56,105 bases of DNA from Candidatus Curtissbacteria bacterium RIFCSPLOWO2_12_FULL_41_16. GTDB lineage: Bacteria > Patescibacteriota > Microgenomatia > Curtissbacterales > GWA2-41-24. Position 1 is the first letter of the stretch. Each line of letters begins with the position of its first letter. The translations under genes were made by a program, and so were the position numbers. The DNA lies in contig MFBZ01000002.1 in NCBI GenBank assembly GCA_001776545.1, positions 1-56,105 of the forward strand, written 5' to 3'. The notes under the pieces are model-generated. The model ran no database searches and was not told the DNA's origin. It saw nothing but the letters and a program-made list of their open reading frames with translations. Below, piece after piece: positions 1 to 9,667 of the stretch.

Positions 1-43
1 AAATTTACGGTTTTGGTCAAATTACCAGAAGCAAAATTTAGTC

Positions 44-529
44 GTGCGATTATCAATCATTCTTTTGGCTTTAGCACTAGTCGCGATAGGCATTCTCTTC
101 ATTGCCTTCCTGAAGAATGGTTTTCCAAGAAAACAAAATAATTTTGCAAATAACAGTAGTTCTCCTGCAGGTATAATCAGCCAGTTGCCCCAAATTAATT
201 CAGAAGGGCTTGTTACTGTTAAGGTTTCACCAAGAGACTTATCGCAATCGGCAACAAATTGGGATTTTGAGATAGTTTTAGATACCCATTCGCAAAATCT
301 TGATCAGGACTTAGTTAAAGCCTCAATCTTATTTGATGACGAGGGTAATCAATTTATACCAGTCATGTGGGAAACCGCATCTGCCGGTGAAACAGAAGCG
401 CCGCAAGAACACCATCGCCAGGGAATTTTAAAATTCAAACCGATTTCTCCAAAACCTAGTTTTATTGAACTGAAAATACTCAACATAGGTGATATAGATG
501 AAAGAATTTTTAAATGGGAGTTAAAATAA
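44..529 (+). CDS. hypothetical membrane-anchored protein
   Basis: 161-aa ORF with a hydrophobic N-terminus (LSIILLALALVAIGILFIAFL) followed by a soluble domain. No family recognised. Confidence 0.5.
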   Translation: MRLSIILLALALVAIGILFIAFLKNGFPRKQNNFANNSSSPAGIISQLPQINSEGLVTVKVSPRDLSQSATNWDFEIVLDTHSQNLDQDLVKASILFDDEGNQFIPVMWETASAGETEAPQEHHRQGILKFKPISPKPSFIELKILNIGDIDERIFKWELK

Positions 530-557
530 CCCAGTAATTTATGAAAAAGTAGGATAT

Positions 558-1061
558 ATGATGCAAACAATTTTAAAAGTTATAATTTTTGCAGTCGCTT
601 TCGCTTTTGTCGAGGCGGCAGTTGTTGTTTATCTAAGGCATCTTTTGGGGATAGGTTTTACCCCTCCACATATAGATCGCAGCGAAATCTTATTCTTGAC
701 TCCAGGTATAGCCTTTTTAGAGCCTCAAACCGCCGTTAAAATAATTCAGGATACGACACTTCTTAACATAGAACGCTTAAGGGAAACGGCGACATTGTTA
801 ATGTTAGCTGCAATGGCAGTTATTGCCGGTAAAAAAATCTTAGAAAGAATTGCCTTTTTCTTTTTATCCTTTGGTATTTGGGATATTTTCTACTACATCT
901 TCTTAAAATTAACAATCGGATGGCCTAAAACCTTTACCGATCTTGATATCTTTTTCTTACTTCCAACCCCCTGGGTTGGTCCAGTTCTTGTTCCGATTGT
1001 AATATCTTCCATTTTAATCATCGGATCAGCTATGTATCTTCTAAGAAAAGGCGAGAGATGA
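558..1061 (+). CDS. integral membrane protein, function unknown
   Basis: 167-aa ORF with several hydrophobic segments. Its stop overlaps the next start (ATGA at 1058-1061), suggesting an operon with the downstream genes. Confidence 0.5.
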   Translation: MMQTILKVIIFAVAFAFVEAAVVVYLRHLLGIGFTPPHIDRSEILFLTPGIAFLEPQTAVKIIQDTTLLNIERLRETATLLMLAAMAVIAGKKILERIAFFFLSFGIWDIFYYIFLKLTIGWPKTFTDLDIFFLLPTPWVGPVLVPIVISSILIIGSAMYLLRKGER

Positions 1062-1711
1062 AGATAGTAAAATATTTTTTAATAATTTTAATTCCCCTGG
1101 TAATCATTTTAGGCAATTTTCAGTATTTAATCTTCAATCTTAAATTTTATAAGAATCTTTACAATCAAGCGGGAGTTTATCAGTCGTTCCCCGGGGGAGT
1201 GGTAGATGATGCTACGTATAATCTCCTTGGCTACTTTAGAGGAAAAAATAAACTCGATCACAATTTTTTCTCAAACCAGGCGATTTTGCACTTAAAAGAT
1301 GTTAAAGAAATAATAAATTTTACTTCTAGTCTTTTTTATTTATCCGCGGTTGCTGTTTTAGCTCTGTCTATTATTTTAATTGCCAGGAAGCAATCTAAAG
1401 CGTTAACATCCGCCCTTATTGTTTCATCAGTTATCACCATGATATTTATTATTTTGCTATCCATTCCTTTATTTTCAACATTTTCGTCCAACGGACGACC
1501 AGCCTTTGGCTGGGATTTTTTATTTACAAAATTTCATCAAGCGCTATTTAACAATGACCTCTGGCTTTTCTCGCCGGATGATAATTTAATAAGATTATTT
1601 CCCTCTGAGTTTTTCGTATTATTTGCCAATCAACTCGCAATGAATATACTAGTCACATCTGGGGTAATTATCATCAGTTCATTCCTGTTAAAAAAGAAAT
1701 TTTCAATTTGA
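1058..1711 (+). CDS. TIGR01906/DUF1461-family membrane protein, candidate lipoprotein intramolecular transacylase (Lit-like)
   Basis: 217 aa with N- and C-terminal TM helices. The segment FFSNQAILHLKDVKEII resembles the Fs..E..Hm.DVK signature of the DUF1461/Lit family. It sits immediately upstream of lgt. Confidence 0.55.
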   Translation: MKIVKYFLIILIPLVIILGNFQYLIFNLKFYKNLYNQAGVYQSFPGGVVDDATYNLLGYFRGKNKLDHNFFSNQAILHLKDVKEIINFTSSLFYLSAVAVLALSIILIARKQSKALTSALIVSSVITMIFIILLSIPLFSTFSSNGRPAFGWDFLFTKFHQALFNNDLWLFSPDDNLIRLFPSEFFVLFANQLAMNILVTSGVIIISSFLLKKKFSI

Positions 1712-1760
1712 AATTTGAAATTTTCATTGAAAATTGAAAAGTAAAAATTTAAAATTCGGA
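1705..1760 (+). repeat. period-7 degenerate tandem repeat filling the spacer upstream of lgt
   Basis: AATTTGA AATTTGA AATTTTC ATTGAAA ATTGAAA AGTAAAA ATTTAAA ATTCGGA in one register. It begins inside the TGA stop of the upstream gene and ends 1 nt before the lgt ATG. Confidence 0.75.
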
Positions 1761-1761
1761 A

Positions 1762-2520
1762 ATGTTACTGCGTTCAATAAACATCGGTCCACTAACTATC
1801 CATCTGTATGGACTCATCATTGCTCTATCGATCTACCTCGGCTGGTTGCTTGCCAAAAAAAGAGCTCATATTTACAAGATCCCTCAAAAAATTTTTGATG
1901 ATCCAATTCTTCTGGTTCCACTGGCTTTTGCCATATTTGGCGCTAGGCTTTATCATGTTTTGGATTTACGGGATTATTACTTGGCACACAAAAGTCTGAT
2001 ATTTGCCATTTGGAACGGGGGATTGGGGATTTGGGGAGCATTAATCGGCGCATTTATCGGCTTCTGGGTTATTTCCAAAGTCAAAAACGTCAACCTTCTA
2101 TCCATTCTGGATCTTGCGGCGCCTTCACTCCTTTTAGGTCAGTCGATCGGCAGAATCGGTAACTTCCTCAACCAGGAAGCTTTCGGTCCACCAACCGGCT
2201 TCCCTTGGGGAGTTTACATCAGTCCCGGGAATCGGCCAATCCAGTTCGCGAACTCCACCCGCTTCCACCCCACCTTTTTTTACGAAGCCGCAATCGATTT
2301 AGTCTTTTTAGTCCTCCTTCTTTTCCTCACTAGAAAATTAAGAATTTCCGGTCAAACATTTTCCCTTTATCTTATTTTCTACGCTACAGGTCGCTTTATT
2401 GTTGAATTTTGGCGAATTGATACTTGGGTTGTCGGTTCAGTCAAAGTTGCCCAGATTTTAGCAGTATTGACACTTATATTTGGAGTAGCCACCTTTATGC
2501 GAGCTCGGCATAAACCCTGA
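1762..2520 (+). CDS. lgt: prolipoprotein diacylglyceryl transferase
   Basis: 252 aa, polytopic. Lgt signature GQSIGRIGNFLNQEAFG and HPTFFYEA. Confidence 0.9.
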   Translation: MLLRSINIGPLTIHLYGLIIALSIYLGWLLAKKRAHIYKIPQKIFDDPILLVPLAFAIFGARLYHVLDLRDYYLAHKSLIFAIWNGGLGIWGALIGAFIGFWVISKVKNVNLLSILDLAAPSLLLGQSIGRIGNFLNQEAFGPPTGFPWGVYISPGNRPIQFANSTRFHPTFFYEAAIDLVFLVLLLFLTRKLRISGQTFSLYLIFYATGRFIVEFWRIDTWVVGSVKVAQILAVLTLIFGVATFMRARHKP

Positions 2521-2573
2521 TGTGTCAAGATAAAGACACCCCTGTGGTGCCTAAAATGACTAAGAAAGAAGAG

Positions 2574-2602
2574 TTGACAACCATTAGCACTCATGGTATG
2601 CT
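2574..2602 (+). promoter_or_regulatory. sigma70-like promoter upstream of lon (TTGACA-17-TATGCT)
   Basis: TTGACA at 2574-2579, a 17-nt spacer, and TATGCT at 2597-2602. It overlaps a CIRCE-like half site. Confidence 0.5.
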
Positions 2603-2611
2603 GTCTGCTAA
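2584..2611 (+). promoter_or_regulatory. CIRCE-like inverted repeat (possible HrcA operator)
   Basis: TTAGCACTC at 2584-2592 matches the CIRCE left arm exactly. The right arm GTCTGCTAA (2603-2611) matches GAGTGCTAA at 7/9, with a 10-nt rather than 9-nt spacer. Confidence 0.3.
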
Positions 2612-2782
2612 TCGAGTTTGACTCGATGCCAATCTCTCGATGTCACAATCAAGCATAGACAAAGCTGATACAATATAAAGGGAATAAGGGATCTATTATC
2701 CCAAATTTAGAAGAAATTTGGAAAGGAAGACAGTTACTCATAAGAGATCCCCAAATCGCCAAAGGCGATTAGGGGTGTTTAC

Positions 2783-5203
2783 ATGGCCATATTTTTAGAG
2801 AATCAAAAACCAAGGATAAAAAGTGAACTGCCAATTGTGCCTCTTCGTGACACTGTCGTTTTTCCGTCGTCCATGGTTCCCATCACCGTCGGCAGGCCAA
2901 AAGTTAAACTGGGCTTGGACAGCAGTTGGGCCACGGACAGACTTGCCGTTTTCGTTTCCCAGAAAAACCCCAGGATTGAAAATCCGGCACCTAACGATAT
3001 CTACGCTGTAGGAACAGTCGGCTTAATTAGAAGACTTTGGAAGGTTGAAAATGAATACAATCTGGCAGTTGAAGGATTAAGCAGGGTTTACCTTAAAGAA
3101 TTCAGTCAGATTGATCCGTATTTGGCGGTAAAAGTAGAAGAAATCCCGGAACTGACTCAAAAAACCGAAGAAACGGAAGCTCTCTTTAGAAATATTTTAG
3201 CCAAAATTAAAAGATATGGGGAACTTGGCGGAACTCTCACCCTGGAATCATCGATTCATATTTTTTCCACCGACGACCCCAACCAGCTTGTTGACATAAT
3301 TGCGGCCTCAATTGAGCTTAAGACCATTGATAAGCAACAAATCCTTGAAATGGTTGACACTAAAGCCCGGCTTGAACGCCTTTCCGAACTATTAACTCGC
3401 GAAATTAGAATTTTAGAAATTTCCTCAAAGATCGATACTGAAACGCAGGAAAGGGTAGGGAAAGTCACCAAAGAAGCAATACTTCGCGAGAAAATGAAAT
3501 CGATTGAAAAAGAATTAGGGGAGGACGAAGAAGGTCGCGAAACCACCGAGCTTAGGAAAAAAATCAAAGCTGCCGGTATGCCGCAGGAGGTTAGAAATAA
3601 GGCAGAAAAAGAACTGTCCCGGCTTGCCAGGATGTCATCTTACAATCCTGAATCTTCATACATTCGTACGTATCTGGAGTGGTTGGTCGATCTGCCCTGG
3701 ATCGTTAAGAATAGAAAGCCGGCTGACGTTGATTTCGCCGCCAAAGTTTTAGATGAAGATCATTATGGTCTTCCAAAAGTCAAGGAACGAATTTTGGAAT
3801 ACCTGGCAGTCCACAAGCTTGTCGGTAAGATCAAAGGCCCGATCCTTTGTTTTGTCGGTCCGCCCGGTACCGGCAAAACTTCGATTGGTAAATCTATAGC
3901 TCGTGCCTTGGATCGTAAATTCATCAGAGTTTCACTTGGCGGTATTCACGATGAAGCCGAAATCCGCGGCCACAGACGAACCTATGTCGGAGCGCTTCCG
4001 GGAAGAATTATTCAGGGGATTAAAAATGCGCATGCTAAAAATCCGGTCTTTATGCTTGACGAAATTGATAAAATCGGAGTGGACTTTCGCGGCGATCCAT
4101 CCTCAGCCTTATTGGAAGCCTTAGATCCCGAACAAAACAATTCTTTCTCCGATCATTATTTGGAAGTTCCTTACGATCTTTCCGATGCTATGTTTATCAC
4201 AACAGCCAATGTTTTAGATACTATTCCACCGGCACTCCGTGATCGCTTGGAAGTAATTGGTTTCCCGGGCTATACGGAAGAAGAAAAGTTCCATATCGCT
4301 AAGCAATTTTTGATCCCGAAACAACTCGAGGCCCATGGACTTAAAAAAGATAAAGTTAACTTTACCGACAGTAGTATCAAAGAGATTATTTCAAGGTACA
4401 CGAGAGAAGCCGGAGTCCGTGAACTTGAAAGAGAAATAGCTGCAGTCTTGAGAAAAATTGCCAGAAAATTCGCATCAGGAGCCGGCCAGAAAAAGATCAC
4501 CATTTCCCATAAAAAAATTCCGGCCTACATTGGACCTTACAAATTTACTAAAACAATTGCCGAAACTCGCGATGAAATTGGCATGGCCACCGGTCTTTCA
4601 GTAACCCCGGCCGGCGGCGAAATTCTTTTTGTGGAAGTTACCTTAATGGCAGGTAAGGGCCGTTTAATATTAACCGGCCAACTTGGGGATGTCATGAAAG
4701 AATCCGCCCAGGCCGCGCTTTCTTATGTCAGATCGCGCGCCAAAGTTTTAGGTCTGGCCGAAGATTTTGCCGCAAAAATCGATGTACATATCCACGTGCC
4801 GGAAGGTGCTGTTCCCAAGGAAGGACCTTCAGCAGGAATTGCCATAACCACGGCATTGGTTTCTGCCCTAACCAAAATTCCGACACGTCGCCAGGTTGGC
4901 ATGACCGGCGAAATAACACTGCGAGGTAGAGTTTTAGAAATTGGCGGAGTCAAAGAAAAAGTTTTGGCGGCTCACAGGGCAGGTTTGACTACGATAATTT
5001 TGCCTAAAGATAATGCTAAAGATCTTGAGGATACTCCTAAAAATGTCAAGCGCGACCTGCAGTTTATCTTTGCGGAGCATCTGGACGAAGTCCTCAAGGT
5101 TGCACTTACCCGCGCCTTGCCCACTGAGAAAGACTCCCAAAAGAAGGTCTATAAAAAGGCAAAAGAGACCCCGGTTTTACCGCTTGCTCAAACAGTAGCT
5201 TAA
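2783..5203 (+). CDS. lon: ATP-dependent Lon protease
   Basis: 806 aa. Walker [10 protein letters not shown], Lon N-terminal domain, and proteolytic serine motif [10 protein letters not shown]. Confidence 0.95.
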   Translation: MAIFLENQKPRIKSELPIVPLRDTVVFPSSMVPITVGRPKVKLGLDSSWATDRLAVFVSQKNPRIENPAPNDIYAVGTVGLIRRLWKVENEYNLAVEGLSRVYLKEFSQIDPYLAVKVEEIPELTQKTEETEALFRNILAKIKRYGELGGTLTLESSIHIFSTDDPNQLVDIIAASIELKTIDKQQILEMVDTKARLERLSELLTREIRILEISSKIDTETQERVGKVTKEAILREKMKSIEKELGEDEEGRETTELRKKIKAAGMPQEVRNKAEKELSRLARMSSYNPESSYIRTYLEWLVDLPWIVKNRKPADVDFAAKVLDEDHYGLPKVKERILEYLAVHKLVGKIKGPILCFVGPPGTGKTSIGKSIARALDRKFIRVSLGGIHDEAEIRGHRRTYVGALPGRIIQGIKNAHAKNPVFMLDEIDKIGVDFRGDPSSALLEALDPEQNNSFSDHYLEVPYDLSDAMFITTANVLDTIPPALRDRLEVIGFPGYTEEEKFHIAKQFLIPKQLEAHGLKKDKVNFTDSSIKEIISRYTREAGVRELEREIAAVLRKIARKFASGAGQKKITISHKKIPAYIGPYKFTKTIAETRDEIGMATGLSVTPAGGEILFVEVTLMAGKGRLILTGQLGDVMKESAQAALSYVRSRAKVLGLAEDFAAKIDVHIHVPEGAVPKEGPSAGIAITTALVSALTKIPTRRQVGMTGEITLRGRVLEIGGVKEKVLAAHRAGLTTIILPKDNAKDLEDTPKNVKRDLQFIFAEHLDEVLKVALTRALPTEKDSQKKVYKKAKETPVLPLAQTVA

Positions 5204-5224
5204 ATCGGGAAGAGCCCACAAAGG

Positions 5225-5253
5225 TTGCAAACTCGCCCAAAACTTTGTATCAT
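5225..5253 (+). promoter_or_regulatory. sigma70-like promoter (TTGCAA-17-TATCAT) for the pyrophosphatase gene
   Basis: Hexamers at 5225-5230 and 5248-5253 with a 17-nt spacer. The GTG start at 5268 lies only about 8 nt from the predicted TSS. Confidence 0.45.
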
Positions 5254-5267
5254 TTCTCAAAATAGTT

Positions 5268-7283
5268 GTGGATCTTGCAAGTGTTAACGTTTCCTTAGGC
5301 CTGCCTTTCGCGCTCGCCGCTTCGGTGGCGGGTATTTTGTATGGAGTAATCACCTCCTTCAAGATAGTCACTCAAGACGCCGGCAACACCAGGATGCGTC
5401 AAATTGCGGATAGCATTGCCCAGGGCGCCAGCGCTTATCTTGCCAGACAATACTCGGTTATCGCCGTCGTTGCCGTTTTAATTTTTGCGGCGATCTGGTT
5501 CTTTCTTTCTCTTAGCACTGCCATCGGTTTTTTGGTTGGAAGTATCGCCTCGGCTATTTCCGGTTTTATTGGCATGAATATTTCGGTAAGGGCCAATGTC
5601 CGAACTGCCCAGGCCGCTAAAGTTGGTTTGGCAAAAGCCCTTTCCACCGCTTTTGCCGGCGGTTCAGTGACTGGCCTTTTGGTTGCCGGCCTTGCGCTCC
5701 TTTCAGTTAGCGGTTTTTTTGGCGCTACCGGCGATCTTAAAAGTCTTATAGGACTGGGTTTTGGCTCTTCCCTTATATCCATTTTTGCCAGGCTGGGTGG
5801 CGGCATTTATACCAAAGGCGCCGATGTTGGCGCCGATTTAGTCGGCAAGCTTGAAGCCGGCATTCCGGAAGACGATCCCCGAAATCCTGCGACGATTGCC
5901 GATAATGTCGGCGATAACGTCGGCGATTGTGCCGGAATGGCCGCCGATCTTTTTGAGACTTATGCCATTACGTTGATCGCGGCCATGCTTTTAGGATCTC
6001 TTCTATTCCCGAATTCACTTGGCGCTATCATCTACCCCATGGTTTTGGGCGCGATAGCCATCATCGCGACGATTATTGCTACATTGTTCGTAAAACTTCC
6101 CAGAAACAAAAGCATTATGGGTGCTCTCTATGCTGGTTTAATTGTTGCGGCAGCCATATCTGCCCTTGGCTTTTACCCGGCCACTATAATTATGCTGAAT
6201 GCTAACGGGTTTTTTGATCCTTTTAACATTTATTTAACGTCGATAATCGGTATTTTTGTGACTTGCTTCATGGTTCTCATAACCGAGTATTACACCGCGA
6301 CTAAGTTTAAGCCGGTTCAGCAAATAGCCCATGCTTCAACAACCGGCCACGCCACCAATATCATTGCCGGTCTTGCGCTTTCCCTGCGTTCAACATTTTG
6401 GCCTATTATCGTTATTTCGGCAGGCATCTTAGCCTCGTTTGCCCTGGCTGGTTTATATGGTGTGGCCACTGCGGCAGTTTCCATGCTTTCTCTGGCCGGA
6501 ATTATCGTAGCAATCGATGCTTACGGTCCGATTACCGATAATGCCGGAGGCATCGCCGAGATGGCCGATCTCGAAAAAGAAGTAAGAGATGTAACCGACC
6601 CTCTTGATGCTGTCGGTAACACCACTAAGGCCGTCACTAAAGGTTACGCTATTGCCTCAGCCGCTTTGGCCGCCCTGGTACTTTTTTCGGTATATTCACA
6701 GGAACTTTCTACAAGGGGTGCCTCCGTTGAATTCACCCTCCAGGACCCGAAGGTGTTAGTCGGTCTTCTGATTGGCGCGTCGCTGCCCTTCTTATTTGCT
6801 TCCTTTGCGATGGAAGCAGTCGGCAAGGCCAGTGGGGCCATCGTTGATGAGGTACGTCGCCAATTTCGCGAGATCCCCGGGATCTTAACTGGCCGTGGTA
6901 AACCTCAATACGACAAAACAGTCGATATTGTAACCAAGACTGCCTTGAAGCTGATGGTTGTTCCCGCTCTCATACCCGTGGTCGCTCCTCTTGTTATTGG
7001 TTTGACATTGGGCAGCAAAGCCCTGGGCGGTCTTTTAATAGGTTCCATAGTTTCGGGAATATTTGTTGCGATTTCCATGACCACTGGTGGAGCTGCCTGG
7101 GATAATGCCAAAAAGTACATAGAAGCCGGAAATTTAGGAGGCAAAGGTTCGGAGGCTCACAAGGCGGCAGTCACCGGTGATACGGTCGGAGATCCGTACA
7201 AAGATACAGCGGGGCCGGCTATTAATCCCATGATTAAGATAATAAACATTGTCGCTCTTCTTTTAATACCTTTTTTAGTCTGA
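5268..7283 (+). CDS. hppA: membrane-bound H+-translocating pyrophosphatase, K+-independent type
   Basis: 671 aa, polytopic. Motifs [18 protein letters not shown] and [19 protein letters not shown] has Lys/Thr in place of Ala/Gly, the signature of K+-independent enzymes. Confidence 0.92.
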   Translation: MDLASVNVSLGLPFALAASVAGILYGVITSFKIVTQDAGNTRMRQIADSIAQGASAYLARQYSVIAVVAVLIFAAIWFFLSLSTAIGFLVGSIASAISGFIGMNISVRANVRTAQAAKVGLAKALSTAFAGGSVTGLLVAGLALLSVSGFFGATGDLKSLIGLGFGSSLISIFARLGGGIYTKGADVGADLVGKLEAGIPEDDPRNPATIADNVGDNVGDCAGMAADLFETYAITLIAAMLLGSLLFPNSLGAIIYPMVLGAIAIIATIIATLFVKLPRNKSIMGALYAGLIVAAAISALGFYPATIIMLNANGFFDPFNIYLTSIIGIFVTCFMVLITEYYTATKFKPVQQIAHASTTGHATNIIAGLALSLRSTFWPIIVISAGILASFALAGLYGVATAAVSMLSLAGIIVAIDAYGPITDNAGGIAEMADLEKEVRDVTDPLDAVGNTTKAVTKGYAIASAALAALVLFSVYSQELSTRGASVEFTLQDPKVLVGLLIGASLPFLFASFAMEAVGKASGAIVDEVRRQFREIPGILTGRGKPQYDKTVDIVTKTALKLMVVPALIPVVAPLVIGLTLGSKALGGLLIGSIVSGIFVAISMTTGGAAWDNAKKYIEAGNLGGKGSEAHKAAVTGDTVGDPYKDTAGPAINPMIKIINIVALLLIPFLV

Positions 7284-7287
7284 ATCT

Positions 7288-7986
7288 CTAATAAATTATC
7301 CTTTTTGGTCTTGCCGTGGAAGATGTTTCGGGAAACTCCGAGCTTGCCGGACTGGGAGTAGGGGTAGGTTTGCGCTCAAAAGCAGCGGATGTCGCAGTTT
7401 TAAACCTGTCTTTAATTCCAGGTTTAATGTTATCAAGCACCTTCACTGTTTCAATAAACCGCAAAACAGAAAGACTCAAATTTTCATCAAAATTATAACT
7501 ATCCCCGATAAGCTCCCACTTCTTGCTTATCGCGTATAATAAAACTTCGTGGTTTCTTAACCCTTCAGCTATTTCAAAAGTCACAACCGCCACATCTTGG
7601 TTTTGAGATCTCGCTTTTTCAATTTGTTCATTCATCTTAGTAAGCCTTTTGGAATAATCAACCAGTGCTCTGCTTGCCCTTCTTACGTCATTTTGGGAAA
7701 GCAAAATATAAGATTCTTTTAATCTTTTCCCGCTAACTACAAAATCGAATTTTGCCCTTTCCAGACTTGATGGTTGGAAAAACCTGTTGATTTTTTCTTT
7801 TAGGGAAATTACAAAATATAGAGAGTGGGACGGTAAAAATCGCAGTGGAGCTGTTTTGGCAAGAGCTTCATTTATTTGACCCTCCGTTGCCTCGGGTAAG
7901 GAATGGTCCTCGTGCGCGAAAACCGGCAAAATTGCCGTTATCAAAAACACCAGGAATACTAACAGGCAGGCTGAAACAAATCTCAT
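7288..7986 (-). CDS. secreted hypothetical protein (DUF5667-like helical domain, PT-rich C-terminus)
   Basis: 232 aa with a signal-like N-terminus (FVSACLLVFLVFLITAILPVFA). The family assignment is tentative. Confidence 0.5.
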   Translation of the reverse strand: MRFVSACLLVFLVFLITAILPVFAHEDHSLPEATEGQINEALAKTAPLRFLPSHSLYFVISLKEKINRFFQPSSLERAKFDFVVSGKRLKESYILLSQNDVRRASRALVDYSKRLTKMNEQIEKARSQNQDVAVVTFEIAEGLRNHEVLLYAISKKWELIGDSYNFDENLSLSVLRFIETVKVLDNIKPGIKDRFKTATSAAFERKPTPTPSPASSEFPETSSTARPKRIIY

Positions 7987-8103
7987 CTTTAGACTTACTT
8001 ATATTACCAAAATTCGAAGAATTTTGGAGAGGAAGAATGATGGAGCGTTTAAAGACTTTTGTCTTTAGCAAAAGTCTGACAAGCGACATCCATTCTGACG
8101 AAG

Positions 8104-8176
8104 TGGCTCCAACCGGATTCGAACCGGTGTTACCAGGTTGAGAACCTGGCGTCCTGGACCACTAGACGATGGAGCC
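8104..8176 (-). tRNA. tRNA-Glu (anticodon CTC)
   Basis: The reverse complement GGCTCCATCGTCTAGTGGTCCAGGACGCCAGGTTCTCAACCTGGTAACACCGGTTCGAATCCGGTTGGAGCCA folds as a cloverleaf. It has a 7-bp acceptor stem, anticodon stem CCAGG/CCTGG with loop TTCTCAA, and T-loop TTCGAAT. No CCA is encoded. Confidence 0.88.
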
Positions 8177-8291
8177 AAGAACTCGGCATCTGTCAGGTTT
8201 AACGTGATGGAGCCGAAACGAATCTAATTATACAGAGGTACTGGAAATTTTAAAAGTTTTATGATAAAATCACAGCTCAATAATTTTTAAA

Positions 8292-9116
8292 ATGCCCGAA
8301 ACCCTCTTAAAGTTTATTATTCCACAAAATCAGCCCACAACCCGCGAACACATGGCATTAGCAGGCTGGGAGCCTACCTTTATGCGTAGCCACTCTCGGG
8401 CCGATAGCTCACAAGCAGCTAATGAATTAAACATAGGCATAGTCAGACTTAGACATACAGAGAATAAATTTGGAATCATCCAGGTCAGATCACTGGCAAT
8501 TCCAGAAGCAATTGCTGATGGACGGTACGACGTTGGTCTTGTCGGATCGGATTGTGTGGCGGAAAAACCCAGCACCCGGTTTGAAGTTCGTGCTCAATTT
8601 TCCTATGGAAGGGTCTGGGACTCTTTACCTCCACGCTTAGAATTCATCGCCCACCCTGATTCTTCTCTTGGCTCTATCCAAGATCTTCAGCCGGGTTCAA
8701 TCGTCATGACAGAACGCCCACTTGTTACTAAGTCTTACCTAGAAGAAAAGATTCACCATCCAGTATTGATCTCAGATCTCGGAGAAGATCTTGTCGATTT
8801 TAGAGCAAGGCTCCATGAAGCAGGAAGCGTGGGGATTAATGTTGTTCCCGGATCGGTTCCAGCTCTCGTAGAACCGGATGGCTATTATGGAGTTTTAGTC
8901 AATGAGACTGGCGGGACAGCTCGCGATTATGGATTAAAAGTTATCGCCAAAATTATGGATATTCAAACATTATTAATTGCCAATATCCATACCCTTCAGG
9001 ACGCCGGCAAAAGAGAATTGATTTGCCGGTTCCAACAAGATCTAGAGGGTAGCTGGCAAGATATCGAGCGAGAGTCTCGCCAACTGCGAGGTGGGCCAGA
9101 AAGATCTTTCTATTAA
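8292..9116 (+). CDS. ATP phosphoribosyltransferase (HisG)-like protein
   Basis: 274 aa. Colinear HisG-like blocks: VRSLAIPEAIADGRYDVGLVGSDCVAE and PGSVPALVEPDGYYGVLVNETGGTARDYGLKVI...LLIANIHTL. No other his genes are in the window. Confidence 0.5.
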   Translation: MPETLLKFIIPQNQPTTREHMALAGWEPTFMRSHSRADSSQAANELNIGIVRLRHTENKFGIIQVRSLAIPEAIADGRYDVGLVGSDCVAEKPSTRFEVRAQFSYGRVWDSLPPRLEFIAHPDSSLGSIQDLQPGSIVMTERPLVTKSYLEEKIHHPVLISDLGEDLVDFRARLHEAGSVGINVVPGSVPALVEPDGYYGVLVNETGGTARDYGLKVIAKIMDIQTLLIANIHTLQDAGKRELICRFQQDLEGSWQDIERESRQLRGGPERSFY

Positions 9117-9184
9117 ACCTCCATTCTCAAAGCTTAAATTCTTGACCAATTTCTGATTTTGCAATAGAATTAACTCCTCATAAT

Positions 9185-9667
9185 TTGAACATGCTCATGA
9201 CTCAAAGAACCAAGAAATTTATCTTAACCCACGAAGGCTTGGTGAGCTTAAAGCGCGAATATAATGAGCTGATTGACATCAAAAGACCGGCAGTCACCCA
9301 AAGGATTCAGCGCGCCCGCGAATTCGGAGACCTTTCGGAAAACTCAGAGTACGATGCCGCCAAAGATGAGCAAACCCTTCTGGAAAGTCGAATCTCACAG
9401 CTTGAAGAGGTTTTGCGCAAAGCCCAAATCATTGAACCCGCCCAAAAAACCGACTTTGTGATTATCGGCTCGACGGTAGTAGTTGAGGTCGATGGAGAAG
9501 TAGATGAATTTACAATTGTAGGCACAATGGAAGCTGATCCTGCAAAAAGAAAGATTTCCAACGAATCGCCCGTTGGCGCTGCCCTTTTGGGTACCAAAGT
9601 TGGTGAGGTTATTGAAGTTGCAACAACCATCGTCAGGGCAAAGTACAAAATTCTGGAGATAAAATGA
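9185..9667 (+). CDS. greA: transcription elongation factor GreA
   Basis: 160 aa with the GreA motif FGDLSENSEYDAAKDEQ. The start could be TTG 9185 or ATG 9191/9197. Confidence 0.9.
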   Translation: MNMLMTQRTKKFILTHEGLVSLKREYNELIDIKRPAVTQRIQRAREFGDLSENSEYDAAKDEQTLLESRISQLEEVLRKAQIIEPAQKTDFVIIGSTVVVEVDGEVDEFTIVGTMEADPAKRKISNESPVGAALLGTKVGEVIEVATTIVRAKYKILEIK

